Positions 10,468 through 24,508 of a stretch of 64,000 nucleotides of DNA are shown piece after piece. Source of the stretch: Lingula anatina (Eukaryota > Animalia > Brachiopoda); NCBI GenBank assembly GCA_051362555.1, contig CM120640.1, positions 55,530,788-55,594,787 of the forward strand, written 5' to 3'. A program made the translations under genes and the position numbers. Position 1 is the first letter of the stretch; every line of letters begins with the position of its first letter. The notes beneath the pieces are model-generated. The model was not told the DNA's origin. It saw only the letters and a list, made by a program, of their open reading frames with translations, and ran no database searches.

Positions 10468-13317
10468 TCAGAGTTGCGGTAGGACATGTAGAGTCTCCCA
10501 GAGCGGCCTTTTCGGTTCGCTGGACGCAGCTGCAGCAGTGATCCCCTGAAACGTCATCGCCCATTCTGCCTGGGCATCATGCCCGCTATAATTTGTTGTT
10601 TTTATCATGTTACTATGACTACCTATTTTCTGAGGGTTTAAATTCTGAGTCGGTAGGCGAGATGACGCTGACATGTCCATAGTGCCTGTGGCGTTTGAGA
10701 GAGCCTGAGTGGCGGGTGAAATCTGGGAGATGGGCGCATAGTTCTGGGGGTTGTGGAAGTACTGGGCCATGGCGCAGTTCGATGGCGGAGAAAAGTTTCC
10801 CATCGCTGCCCACAGTGGATATGAGGGCTGGTGTGATGGCGGCTGTGTGGGAGTTCGGCCGAAGCACGCCGCTGGGGTTGGTGCAGACCCCCAAGCATCA
10901 GGGAAGTTGAAGACTGGCATAGAACTGGAAGTCAGGTCCACGTGTGTAGGAAGACCTGCAAAAGAAATCGGTACCATCGTCTTGGTTCTATTCACATAAA
11001 AATAATTTTATCACATGATATCTGTAACACGTGGTCCTAATTTTCTTTTCTATTTTTTATTAATTACTTAATATTATTTTTAATCTAACACTAGCCCAAA
11101 TTTTGAACACCTATGAATTGCGGATAAAGCTATCTTTATGAAATAATCTACAGTTCACTCTGGCTTGACTTTAGATTTAAATGTCAAAAAAGACTTGCAC
11201 GATTAATTATGAAAGAATTTTTCTTTTACCATGGGCGTGTGGTCTCCTCTGGTAGGGACTAAATCTGTTTTGATTTCGCAAAGTTTGCAGACGGTCTTCT
11301 AACATTCCCAGCGCGGGAAAGTGTGCTCTGGGTGGTGACATGATACCTGCTGTGGAAGTGGGTAGTGACCACGTGCTGGTAACTGAAGTTAGAAATATAA
11401 CAATTTGGTTTCCTTTGAATAAATTATACATGTATATCATAATAAAAAATAATAAACATAATATCAAAATTCCAATGCGATAAGATGAAAAAGGCCTCAA
11501 GTAACCAAATAAAACTTAATCCGGTCCCACGATCTCGAATCACATAAATTCTACAAATCCGTTTTTCATAAGCTTTGTTTTTTAAACATACCGGTAATCT
11601 ATTTAAGCAATGCTGAAATCCAATTGAGTGCGTGTGAAGCAAGTTTTGAATTTACATGCAATGGAGAATATATCTGTTGCACTGTTTGTATATCTTCATC
11701 ACCTTTGCGATTTTGTAAACAAAGGAAAGAAAACTGTTTTGTTTGTGCAGCAGCGTTATTTCCTGTTCAGGTGTAAGGGGGCACACAGGTGAGCAGAGCA
11801 TGACATAGGCAGAGCGGGGTTGCCGCGTTGCATGATCCACCCTCTCCATTCCGTTATTTGATTAAGAAATCGTCAACATTTGCTTCTCTCACTTCTCCAA
11901 AGAGTCTGCTTGATTTAACCTCCAAATCATACATAAGTGCGTTAGGGTTCTCACATCTGTTCGCCAATTGCCTGCTATTGATGTGAATAATAATCAACTT
12001 TATCTTAATCAGTCTTTGCGATTACGTGACGAATTTAGTCCCTGAAAGATAAGACGCAGCGTACACACACCTGAAATGTGGCGGGGAATTTGTTTAGGCA
12101 GGCAAATTCATTTCATCGGCCCATCAGCTTTTATCGGACTTCGTTATGACTAAGTTTTCACAGGTGTTTCGAACGTGCGTTTTCTATGTACTTCACACAT
12201 TCGTGTTCATTCGTCGCCCTGTGCAAAGATTGCTAAGTCTACAAGTCAGTCAAATTGGTCAACAGAACAACTGTGTTGCGGTTTATGATCGGAAAACACA
12301 GAACCTGGAAACTGAGCGTGTGTGTGAAGTAAAATGTTACTATTGACCCCCGCTTTTGTCTGACCATTGTGTGTTTAGGAAACACGGTCAGTGTGCCTGT
12401 CACAAGCTTTAATGTTTTATTGACCAGTGTGACGTAATGTCTCTCCTGGATAACGAATCTTGTTAATTTATCCCAGATACAGAAAAATCAACAACTGGAC
12501 TAAAGTCAAGGCGCAAAATTCACAAATAAACAGCAATTGTATAACTTTACTCTGTGCGGTCTGTAATAGATGAAAATGGAATGGACCCCCGGAAAAAGTC
12601 AAAAATAATATACTAACAATAAACCACGAATGTAGCCCGCTGGTTTGCACATACTGGTGTTGACTATACGAGCCGTCTAAATAGAGAGCTGTGATTTGCT
12701 TCATATTTGCGTATATTTTGGAATAATTTACTTTACGTTATTACATAAAATTAACGGTCCAATCACTAATGAAACAGCGAATATTTTGTATATCTACGTG
12801 AACGAAAGAATTGGTCCCATCCGTTCGAAGGCCACCACTTCAGTCGCTGTTTGTTAACACACACAGCGTTGAGTTTCGGGGTGGCGTCAGAGAAATTCAC
12901 AACAAAAACAAGGCAGGCAAGAAATTACAATACCCATTCTTTAATCTTTTCACTGTTTACAACTTCTTACAAAGAATCTTTGCCGTTGTCTTGGTCGTTT
13001 ATGACGCTCGCTCTAACCATGGACAAAGTTACGTTATTATGTCCAAGCTCTACCAGAGACTTATACTTCTTCTTCTGGAACTTTTCACTTCACTCATTGC
13101 ATTCTAAACAACAAGGATTCGCAATTAACTAACAAGTATAAACTTTTTGTTGTTGTTTCAGATGCAGGTATATTAATTCTATTCGTCAAAAGGTTCTTCA
13201 TATCTGTATTTTATCTAATTTTGATATTTTATATATTATTACACATTTATTATCGTTGTAACTCTCTTTTCCATGATTAAAGTTCAAAATACAAAATGTG
13301 AAATTACATGATTGAAA

Positions 13318-13404
<87 letters not shown>

Positions 13405-16400
13405 TAAATCGTCGCATTTTTTTCCTCTGTATCAGGGGAAAACTAAAATAATTCCAAAATGTATTTTATAAATCAAATAAATGCATCTCGTCTGAATAAA
13501 CTTTTTGAGCACCAAATGAATTCTAATTGTTTAAAAAATCGTCCCTAGCAAACTTATGACATAAGATACTGATTGTATCATCACTATGTTTTTTTTTTCA
13601 CGAAGAGAGAGGCAAAAACGCCATTGTGGGGAAGTTTTTGGTAAATAAAAAAAAAGTTGCAGCTCCAAAACCTGCTTTCCATTTATGACGATAATATAAA
13701 AACTATAAAGAACCGCGTGACGCGAAGATGTCTAACGTGTTTGATATACACAATGTCTTTAGATATCTTTGTCAAACTAAAGAATCTACATCAAACATCA
13801 AAACCTTATGCAAAAAGCCATATGTGTATTTTGTTTTCATAAATCATTCTAAAAATGTAAACATCCGAAACATTAATTATGAAGTGGGAAATAAACACCG
13901 AAACTTTACCAACTTTTCATATTTCTTAAAACGTATGTCTGAGACATAAAGAGACGGTTAAACCTTTGTCAACTTTCTACAGAAAAATAAAATACTTTCT
14001 TCGGTGTCCAATAACGAATCCGTCTGTTGCAAGGTACGTTTTTGGTGTTTTTAAATGTTCATTGACGGCACATATAATATGCTTCACAAGATTTGCAACA
14101 TATTTAAATGAAGGCTATACAGCATTGCATTATTTCATTAAAAATCACGGTAAGAATTACTTACTGTTTTGTGTTGGGGATCCATGGCGGTTGCTATCCT
14201 GTCCATCTAAGGAATTGGTACTTCTGAAAAAGTAAGTCTTTGAATTAAGAAAGTTTTAATGGTTTAAGATAAACAGACTACAAAATGTTCATAGAAGGGT
14301 TCCACGATAACATGAAGTTACAATGCCACCTGTACATTTCCATGCGTTCAAAATTAAAAAATCTTTACATACATTTTAAAAAAATCGGTCATTTCGCGAG
14401 AAAGGGCCTCCACGAATGATCTAACCAATGTTATGTTTAAAACGTAGTATAATGTTATAATGGTTTATAAAATGCGCCATGAATACACAACTTTACATTT
14501 CAATCTTTCCATTCTTCGAAAAATCTACGACCGTTTTTCGCTAATGACAAAATTCCAAATGTCTCCCGTGTCGTCTACTAAACACTGATAAACACTTAAA
14601 GGACTCTAACAGTAAATTCCTTTTAAAAGCCTGAATATCTGGCAAGAATATATAAAGAAGATAAAATTGTTATATCGTTTTTCATATTAGACAAATTTAA
14701 AATTATCCGTAATTCCTAATAACTGACAATGCCAGATTCATGTGAGACAATTTTCGCATAAATTAATTTAAAATCAAGAATCAATTTAACTTTTGATAAG
14801 TTTCTTTGTTTAATCAAATTTTGTTTTGATTTCTGCCTAAAACTTAAAAGATTTTGCACGGTATTTCTAACATATATTAATATCATTACATCAGTACGTG
14901 CTTTATTTACATTTTTTTATTTCAAACGACTAAACACCGTTTAATACGAAAAATCCAAAGAATGATATTATATGTTAAAATATAATACTGCGTTTCATAT
15001 TCTAATATTAACTTTAAATTAAAGCTAAAAGGCAATTTTAACAATCCTCGTTTTTCCATCTAAAAATCAAGCGCCTCAATTTCATGTGATACCTTATTTA
15101 TTTTATTTTATTTATTTGATACCATATCAGACATAAGACTATTTATCGTGCGGTATTATTTTTATATCAGTTTTAACTTATTCAGTTTTCATATCAAGTT
15201 TGTTATATGGCCATTTAATATTTTTGGCATATCTCTAACTGACATAGTTACAATAAATAAGTGCTTTTTTTAAATATTGAACAACAGTACTCATCGCATA
15301 ATTCGCATCCGTGTGCGATTTTCGCGGTATTCTTCAAGAAACATACCTTCAATATCGCTCTTTCTTTAAAAGCGGTAAAGTCTTTAACGAATTACTTCTA
15401 CATTCCATACCCAATACAACCTCATAAAAGACGATCGATACAATGCGCGCAATTGGGTATTTCTCCGCTTGTTGACAACCTCCGCTATCTAAGTCACAAA
15501 TGTATAGAAGTTGTCACGCGTTGCTATCTCTGGCTAACTTTTGATGTTTAGCGCTCAATGAGTGTACAACGAGGACCCGCAAATAGCTTAAGACACCTCT
15601 GCACACCTGCTAATCAACGCGTAATCAGCTTTACGGTTTGTCGTTAACTAGTTTCCATTATTTGCGTGCTTTACAGGATCACAATGGTGAAGATCTCTTT
15701 ACCTGATTACAAAGTAATTTCACGACTCGTTCGATCAACAAATACAAATATTTTAAGTGGCAAAGAAATTCGCAAAATGTGCTGTTTTTAGTTCGTGGTC
15801 ACCGTAAGACCTGTACAGGTAGGTAGAATGTAAATGCAGACCACCCCGAAAAGATTCCAATACCTTCAGCTAAATACAGACACGCTTCCAAAAAACAAAT
15901 GTTTTTAATACATAAATTAAATGCAGTGGAGCTGTTGTAACGTTGATGTAACGTTTTTTACTGTTGTGAAATATCATTAACACGTATATTAAAAAAAATA
16001 TCATCCAGTCTGCCATTATTCAAAGTACAAATGAATCGGAAATTTCGAAGTTGTCTAAAGAAATTTGATCGCTGGAGATCCATTTTATTTTGTACTTGAG
16101 TCAAGAAATATGATGATCATTATCAGCAATATCTCAAGTCGGAGAAGTCCTTACAAGAAAAATAAAGAAACGAATACACGAAATGAAATAGTGACCAACA
16201 ACTTACTTGGCGGCTTCTTTGATATCCTGGAAGGCTTTGGCAAATGGGTTATACTTGATCTTCAATGATGTGATCTATAAAAAGGGCAAAAAGGATCACA
16301 ATTAATCGAGATTTACGGGGGGGGGGGGGGGGGGGGGGGGGTCTTGAATTTTTGAATTTTGTGAGATGAAAATGGTTATGATAGCTTTTTCATTTAGTTC

Positions 16401-17485
16401 AGTACATGAATCTAAATATATTTGTTTTGAATTACAAGAGAATGAATGGATAAAATTTAAATGAAGAGAAGTCGGGAAATATATTCAAGTTAAAAATGTA
16501 AATATCGTATTTCTTTTAGGAAAAAGACGTCGTCATGTTCGTTGGAGGCTACCACCCTTTTATTTTGAAAACAACGATTCATTACCCACAAAAATTGTCA
16601 TGTCATCAAAGAAAATGATTTTAAGAGTCTTTCCATCGTTTTGTTTTCTTTCAAACTTTTCGTTTTATCAATTTAAAGATATAATTGAAATTTTAATGAA
16701 AGATTACGTAATGCATTTATTATTTCGAAAGAAACAAAGAATATGCATTTACCTCTTCGTTTTGATATGCTGTGACTGCTATGAACTGCGTTTCTTGGAA
16801 ACTGAATGTCGACATACTTTTTCTTTCGTTGCGACTTCCAACCTTCACTAAGTGAATCCTTGGTTCGTATTTATGCAACGAATGCAGCATTATCTGGATT
16901 TGTAAAAAGTTGCTTAGTTGGTTTAGAAAGAATAAAAAGTTACACGATAATGACAAACCTTTAAGGAAAAAACGTTCCCGTTTTTTATCTAAAAAAGCAT
17001 ATATTATGTTTGGTGTGTTTGGACTGTTTGATAACCTGCCCTGTCCTCGTTACTTATCGCCAAGTAAGATAATCACAGGATGGCAAAGTATTGGAGACGT
17101 ATGAAAAAGATCGTAAATTAAGAACTAAAGTACTTCAAGGATCGACAAAAATATTTTAGAATGTACATATATGAAATATTTCATTATCACACCCCTTGAT
17201 ATCAGAGTTTTTAATAATAAAAATAATCATGATACTTTTTTCAAAAATAATTGTAAGACTCTAAATGACAAAATTAGTACTTAAGCGATATAACTTGGCC
17301 GTCCGAATATTTCTATTCTTATTACAAATATTTGAAATTTGTTATGGTTTGGCAGAATAAATTGTTGAACTATAAATAAGGGATAAAGAATATGTTATGA
17401 ATGAAATAAATCAAAATAAATTCAATTAAATGAAAATAAAGTATTGATAAAATCATAAGTAATATTTACATTAGAGATCGGTTGC

Positions 17486-17534
<49 letters not shown>

Positions 17535-18131
17535 CTGTGCTTGACCATTCATCTTATTAGTCAGTTTGATCTTGTCAAACGTAACAGGCTGTTTCATCCA
17601 GTGTTCCCCAAAGTTTGGGGAATCTGGATGGGTGTACACACAATCTGGAGCTGGGGCCTCAGCCTTTCCCCCAGGGACCCAGTCCCCATTCACATATTTC
17701 CAGCGTGTTTTATCCATTTGGATGAAGTCGACCAGGAGAGAATACATGCAATCTGGATCGAGTCCGCTGATTTTTACCTTTAATACTGGGAACATTCGCC
17801 TTGTAAAAATAACAACATACACGTTTTAAAACAATGATTGTAAATAATGAATTAAAAACAAAATGTGCATATTTATATAAACTTCAGTTCGAAAAGGCTA
17901 TCTTATGAACGATTTTCTCACTTTATCGATGCTTACAGGAAGCAAAGACACAAAGCATAAAAATTCGTCAAGTGGGTGTTAAAGTTACCTTCCAGTTTTA
18001 GTGACAATCATTTCGTTGGTCAATGTCTTAAATTTTGACCAGAGCTCTTTGTCTTGAAGAGTGACCTTAACTTGGCTGCCAGTTTCTTGCTGTTCACTAT
18101 CCCTGGTCTTCTCATCTGTTCCTGTGGTCAT
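10468..18131 (-). CDS. Bra (T/TBXT): Brachyury (T) T-box transcription factor, 438 aa, 7 coding exons (divergent paralog-like)
   Basis: Exons 17989-18131, 17535-17799, 16753-16893, 16207-16274, 14165-14223, 11230-11382 and 10468-10955 total 1317 nt, in frame. T-box: '[19 protein letters not shown]...[13 protein letters not shown]...[13 protein letters not shown]...[23 protein letters not shown]...[26 protein letters not shown]'. The Brachyury-type 'RNQNRFSPY' motif follows the T-box. Confidence 0.95.
13322..13400. repeat. (TA)n microsatellite in Brachyury intron
   Basis: About 39 TA units. Confidence 0.98.
17487..17533. repeat. (AAT)n microsatellite immediately after Brachyury exon 2 donor
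   Basis: About 15 AAT units. They explain the poly-Leu tail of ORF 17466-17822. Confidence 0.97.
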
Positions 18132-21100
18132 TTTCAAAATATAAAATGTTTCAGTGTCTTAAAATATTTTTCTGAACACCTATGGTTGGTTCCAGTTCAG
18201 CTCGTGTATTTCTAAATACTCTTTCTAAGAAGGAAATCTTCTTGATGATGCAGCTGAGAGGTTTGATGACACTTTGTCAGTGTGGTAACTTTGAATCCTG
18301 ATATAAAAAAAACGGAGGATGCAGGAGTTGTGTCGCCACTGGGGTTCGCACGTCTTCTGGTGTTGCCTGCCGTGTCTGCCTTAATCTTGGTTGGGGTGTT
18401 GTACCTGAGATCACTGTCAGACTATGGTGTTGATTTGATCGCCTTGCGAAGTATCCTCCTTTTGTCACCTGAATGGCCCAGGTCGTAAATGAAGATTGAC
18501 CGAACCTATTCTGTCTTTTCTTTCTTCAATTACACGAAAACGTGCCTCGAGGGGAGTTGGGACTTCCTACTTTAACCCCCCTTAGCGACGGTCCGTGGTA
18601 AATTTGGGGGAGGAGCGTGAAAAACACGTGTGCCAGTGGATGGTACGTTTCTGGGCCTAACCCACTCCTGCTACAAAAAGCTTATTAATAAGGAAAAGTC
18701 ATTAAATAGCTATAAGTGAATATAACAATAGAAAGTAGTGTTAGATTTGGCTTTATAAGATATCTAGTCCTTTATAGAATAAATATCTTTTTTAATTTCT
18801 AGCGACTCATTTAGTAGGTGGTCTCCCTATAATTTTCAAAGACCACCTTTTAAAATGACAAACATCACTAAGTGGCTCAGTTTAGTTCTTACAGGTATGT
18901 GACACCTAATTCAGATGCACAGGATCAGGTCCAAAGAAACAGGCGTAAATTATGATTTGCGATAAAAATCTATACATTTGTAAAACTATTTGCTCTTGTC
19001 ATTCTTAAACAATACTTAGCATAGATTGATAACGATTGCTTCTATAAACACAATACCCGGGGTCATGAGGCCCGGAGACACTGTTAAACCTTGAAGGTTA
19101 AACCATGTAGAAACTGTCAAGAATACCGTGCAGACCCTGGTTTGTCTCTTTTTATTTGGTATAACCTGAATAAAATATTTGTCTGTGAATGTAAATAAAC
19201 CAGATGTGATTTTAGAACGGCGTATAAGGCCATTTTGATAAAAAATATTCTGATGAACAGAAAAATGTAAACATACAAATTCGCGGTAAAATGATAAAAA
19301 TTTGTTTAGAGATGATTAGACATAAACATGTCGAGAGCTCATGGTTACAACATGTACTAGGTACATGTATTTGGTATTAGCCTTTTTAACAGAACAAAGC
19401 ATTGTTTATTTATACGGGTGTGGTAGCTAGTTTACGTGCACGAGTACATTTAATGTTAGCGAGCTAAAAAGCTTTACTATTTATTTGGAAATACATTTTC
19501 TCTGATGCAACCTGTATAAAACCAATAAGTAACTGCTCCGCCATCCCGCTTGCTTTCTTAATGTTTTTTCAAACAAGTATCTAGACCAATTCAAATAAAA
19601 CAACAGTTTCCCAGGAAATCTCACTGAAATTTTGTGTAATAAAATCATGACCGGCAATCAGTCATACACTGTTTATATAATTAGTACGTAGAGATCTTCC
19701 CCAAGAACTGAATATCATCCCAATCACAACACATTTTTCACACTTATATTAGTTATATATGTCTGTGACCTGAACACCAATGTGCCGATATCAACTGACG
19801 CAGTAAAAAAAGATGACACCAAAGAGGCAAAATGAATGAAACCAACATAAAACAACATAAAAAGATGTTCATTACCTTATGCAGTGTAATGAAAAAATGT
19901 GGATGCCCTATATCGCATGTAACAAACAAGATGCCGGTTTATCTCATATAAGCTCACATTTGTTCTTTTCGTCTGTAGAAAAATAGGTTCCCTATCTTTC
20001 TACTGGTATTTTCTTATTGAGAAGATCATGGTATTCAGGACAAGAAGGTGTGAAAATAGAAAAAAATATGAGATTCGCAAAAATCTTTTCCTATAAAAAT
20101 ATACATCTCCCAAATACTGCACTTACTACACAGTTTGTGGTAATATTTTTATTTACTTTTACATGGATTGGAAAATTCTGAAAATCACAGAAAAAAATAT
20201 TTTAAAAAGAGAAAACCTTTGTGCTTTATATTAGCAATGACTATTAAATAGTTCATTGAGTAATGCTCATGAGTGTTTAGACTTTTTATACCCTGTGTGA
20301 CAAATGGGAGCAGAATTTAAAAGTCATACGTGTAATATGCACTTGTTATATTTTTTCTTTCACGATAGTGGAAGTCAAACACTTATTACAAAAAGATGTC
20401 ATACATGTAGGCCTATGCTGGTATTCACTGATTTTAAACAGAAGTAACAGAACTATCTTGATAGGTAATGAGGGGCAGTTCCCTGGAGGCTAACTGGTGA
20501 AATAAGGGCATAACGCTTCAGAAAGAATATTCTGTTTGATAAAAAATATGGAATTTGAGATGGAATCGATAATTCGATCAATCAGTTACACACCTTAATT
20601 GTTACAGAAAGTATTTTTTATTTGATGAAAACGTTGGGTGTACAATCAGTAGCTAGATTTTAGTTTAGACGAATATAATGAGATTTTAGTGAGAGAATTA
20701 ATGTCCAGTCTGTCTTGTGATAGGCTTTAAAAATGCGAGCATTCAGACTGGTAGAATGAGATTTTAGTCCAAACACTGACTTGACTTTTTTCTTAGTTCT
20801 TCCGATTCGGAACACGGAATTAATATTAATTTAGAATAATCCATTCTTTTACATTGGAATAACATTTTCTGGGGAATAAAATGAATGCATAAAAAGATAG
20901 TTCCTGGCCATTTGCAGTCATTTTCTGTGCATTCTGATCACTGCAAGAAAAGCAGGGGTAGGACCTATCAACCAAGTGATACCACTGGTGCTTAGCACAC
21001 TCTGCTGTAATGGGCCTAAGTTATGTAGCCTACACTTGCAAAATTGAAGAAAAATAAATAAATAGATTAAAAAAATAAAAGTTTATGTAAAAACAATAAC

Positions 21101-21639
21101 AAAACCCTATAAATCCATATACTTATGAAAAATAAACCCCATAAATCAACATGAGCATTGACTCTAGTATTTCTAAGATGCAGGTATATTATCATAACCC
21201 CTGACCCCCAACCCCTTTTAAATCCGCCATTGCCTTGGTAATGCAAGTTGAAAATAATGAATCACAGAATGATTTTGTTGCAAGTAGGGCAAAAGGTCAA
21301 AAGTTGCATTCAAATTCTCAGAAACGGGGTGCTTCAAGGATCAGGCTTAATAATATAAACGTTTTAATCATCTCGGATAATAAAAAGTGGCTTTCAGGGG
21401 AACGAAAATAAGGCTACCCAATGAAACCCTCTTTCATAAATCTTACGATGAAATTGAGTTACCAACACACTGCTTACATTTTGCATCTTTAATATATATT
21501 GCCTACAATACGATAGAAACAAGTGAACTTGGAGTGCAGCGTTTATATAAACGGATTTAGTGCCCGTCATGTAAGGAGATGCGACTGAGTGTGTTTGCCG
21601 TATTTGTCTCAACTACCACAGCTGTTATGCGTGAGTAAT

Positions 21640-21910
21640 ACTTCACACACACGGCGCCAGATACAAAAAGTTACGAACACCAGTCTGCGAACACTCATTT
21701 TTTGCTTTAGCATCATTATTTAGTTCGAAGCATCTTTTTCAATTTTGTGCACAGATTTTTTAAATATAACACATCATAGATTCTACAAATCATGCAACCA
21801 ATCACATAATGAGCGCAACAAATGGTTTTTGTGACTGTGTGCGCGCGTTACATACTATCTCGTGAAGTGTGGGTCTTTCAAAGAAAATGGGGGCGGTAGG
21901 TTGTACAATA
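21640..21910 (+). promoter_or_regulatory. Candidate promoter of the KASH5/LRMP-like gene
   Basis: Local CpG enrichment, CCAAT (~21798), GCGCGCG (21841) and GC-box GGGGCGG (~21890). Splice-site-bounded non-coding exon candidates follow (donor ~22011; acceptor TTTTGCAG at 22109; acceptor at 24788). Confidence 0.4.
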
Positions 21911-24250
21911 GTAGCTGCTCTTCAGTTCTTGCCTTTTTTTTCTCGCATGCATGCATACTGGCTATGTATAACTGTTACAGTTTAACATCAGTTTGAAATG
22001 GAAATGAAAGGTTTGCGAATGCCGTTATACCAAATATTCCATTTAATATCTTTAGTTATGTTACAACCTTTTAAAATACCGGGATGAACTTGCCCCTTTT
22101 TTTTTGCAGATGATGGTATGCGGGAAATTTAGATCAGCCGGTGTCACGCAAGTCAAGAAGGTCTGTAAGTTAAAGGCAGTTAGGAATCCTTTATTTTGGT
22201 CCTTGTTGAAATGTGAGGGATGTAGATTTAAACTGCTTGAACAATTTTTGCTTACAACAGATATATTGACTTTTAAAATAAGGCTATAACAAGCAGGGGC
22301 ATCGTGTCATGATGAATATGAGAGACAATTTTTCAGCATTCATATACGTTTGTCTTTGTTAACAGATTTAAGAAATCCTAAGCAATTTTTTTTGTATCAA
22401 GAAACGTTGGAAAGAAAAATCATGAGTTACTCTGTCCTTTGGTGAAATATCATTAATCAAAGGAGGTAGATCCTTTTTCTGGACAAGCTAAAATATTTAG
22501 CATCGACATTTATGTTGCAGTATCATATATGTTTTATGGATAATGATTAATGTTTTGTTTAATGGGTCATATTCAGGGTTGGGGGAAATAAATATCAGTA
22601 TATTGACCTATATTACATGTACCTCTTTGGGATGTACTCTTTGGCACAGACTACTTATAAAAAATAGGAATATACAGAAAAAAATCTTGGGTCCATACAT
22701 GGGCCATTATTACTTTATTATTTATTTTAGGTAAATGCATTAATTTGAAATGCCACACATGTAATGACTTAATGTAAGTAGGAAGTAAATTTACATTAAG
22801 AACATCCCCCACAAGTTTCATGCACCGTAGGTAGAAATTTTAGTTTCTCTCCTTGTTGTTAATGCTTCTTTTCATCTTAGAAATAAATCAATATGAATCC
22901 ATTCTATCATTAATGTAATTTGCGGTTTTAAGTAGCTATTAGATACCAATAACAGCAATAGCTGGGCTCATGAAGGCATTTTTATCAAGTTAGAAAACCT
23001 GTTTGGTTGAGAAAAAAAAGATATTGTATCTGTGCTTGTTTCATCAGTATGTCATTGTTTTGATTCAAAATTTGGATCTGGCTGAGAAATAAAGCTATTT
23101 GGCTTAACAAATATGCTTTATGAGTCATGATCTATCTATCAGTTGTAGGCTGTGTGTAATACACCATATTAGCATGGCTTTACTCCATCTGTCTCTCAGG
23201 ATTTCCATAAAATTAGAAAGGGATTGTGTACGTTTGTTGATATTATTTTCAACCGACTTATAGGTAGGATTCTACAGGGAAAACGTGTAGAGGATTTCAT
23301 AGGAAACTGAAAAGGAATTTGTACAGCAGGGAATGAGAATCTTTGGAGATAGCCTAAAACAAGACCTTCGACACTGAATGAAGTCATATGAGAATATGAA
23401 ATGTGTGAGAATAACTTTAGGGAAAAAAGTGCCATAAAAAGGATTTCCTGAGGTAAATGATAATTTTACTACACTTTCCAATAGCTAATGATTCTGTTCC
23501 AACATACAAAGTTAGGCGATTGTTTTTTAAAAGTTTTTTCTTTTTTTTCTGCAATAATCTCTTGTTCTGTTGGCTTTCATTCATTGATGCACTGAACTCT
23601 TTCAGTCTGCAATCTTCTATTATTTCTCCACTCTCCTCCAAATTCTGTGAAATCTGGCTTGATTTTTTGCTAATTGCAAGCCATTTGTCTGTCTCTGATG
23701 ATTCTCATTCAAAATGGTATTTGCGCATAATAAATAATGTTTGTAGTGAAGTATTATTTGTCAACATAAATTTATAAAATGTTCTAGAAGGATGATATAT
23801 GTAAACAGGCTGATAAGTGCACCATTATACAATATAGTGGTTTGCATCATAAAAGGTTCATGACAATACATATGGATTGGTATTAACATGCATCTATAAT
23901 GAATATACAAGTGTAGAACAGGAGCTCACTATTATTAAGTCGTTTTTATCTGTGATATTTGTGTGAACTGTTTTGCTTGCCATGGTACAGATGTTTCAAG
24001 ATGTTCAACTATAAAGTAAATACTTTATGTGTAGGTGCACAACAAAAGTAAGTTAAAAGAAATTGATTTTATTCAGTTTACATTGATCTTGCTTTCTTGT
24101 ATGGTTCAGTAGTTGTCTTAGATAAGGCAGCTATTATAAATCTCAGTCTTAGTTTTCTGAGCCCTTTTTCATGATGTGAAGCAACAACCATGGTCTACAT
24201 AGGAATTTGTGCAATTAACTGCACATCACTGTGGACAAATTCAGCATCTA

Positions 24251-24508
24251 GGCCCCATTCCCGTAACACCATCAGTCTATGTGGATCGACCCAACTCTGC
24301 AGGGACTGTTGCTGACTGCAATTAGCTTAATTGAATGACCCTTCCCTTCCTGGCATTAGGTAGAATACAGAAAAGCTGGTTATTATATGGAAGTACATTG
24401 GAAACGAGAGGAGGCGTGTCATTCATTTAAGCTGATTGCACTTACCAAAAGTCCTCACAGAGTTGGGTTGATCTACAAAGATCAATGGTGTCTATAGGAA
24501 TGGGGTCC
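24251..24508. mobile_element. Hairpin MITE, Harbinger-like
   Basis: GGCCCCATTCC...GGAATGGGGTCC ends, with ~90-bp imperfect inverted arms. Confidence 0.75.

Noticed and set aside
10619-10999. Several overlapping ORFs on both strands
   Set aside because: Shadow frames of the GC-rich last Brachyury exon.
16096-16149. Exon-like segment just after Brachyury exon 4
   Set aside because: It gives stop codons in the required phase. The exon at 14165-14223 fits the phase with strong splice sites.
16317-16341. Poly-G run (and poly-C at 9670-9693) as G-quadruplex elements
   Set aside because: Simple homopolymers, the poly-C lying inside a MITE. Length is unreliable and there is no evidence of function.
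23196-23777. Cluster of short ORFs (MEESGEII...) in the 5' region of gene 3
   Set aside because: Broken by stops and frameshifts with no recognisable domain or splice structure. It could be an old pseudogene, but I cannot support that.
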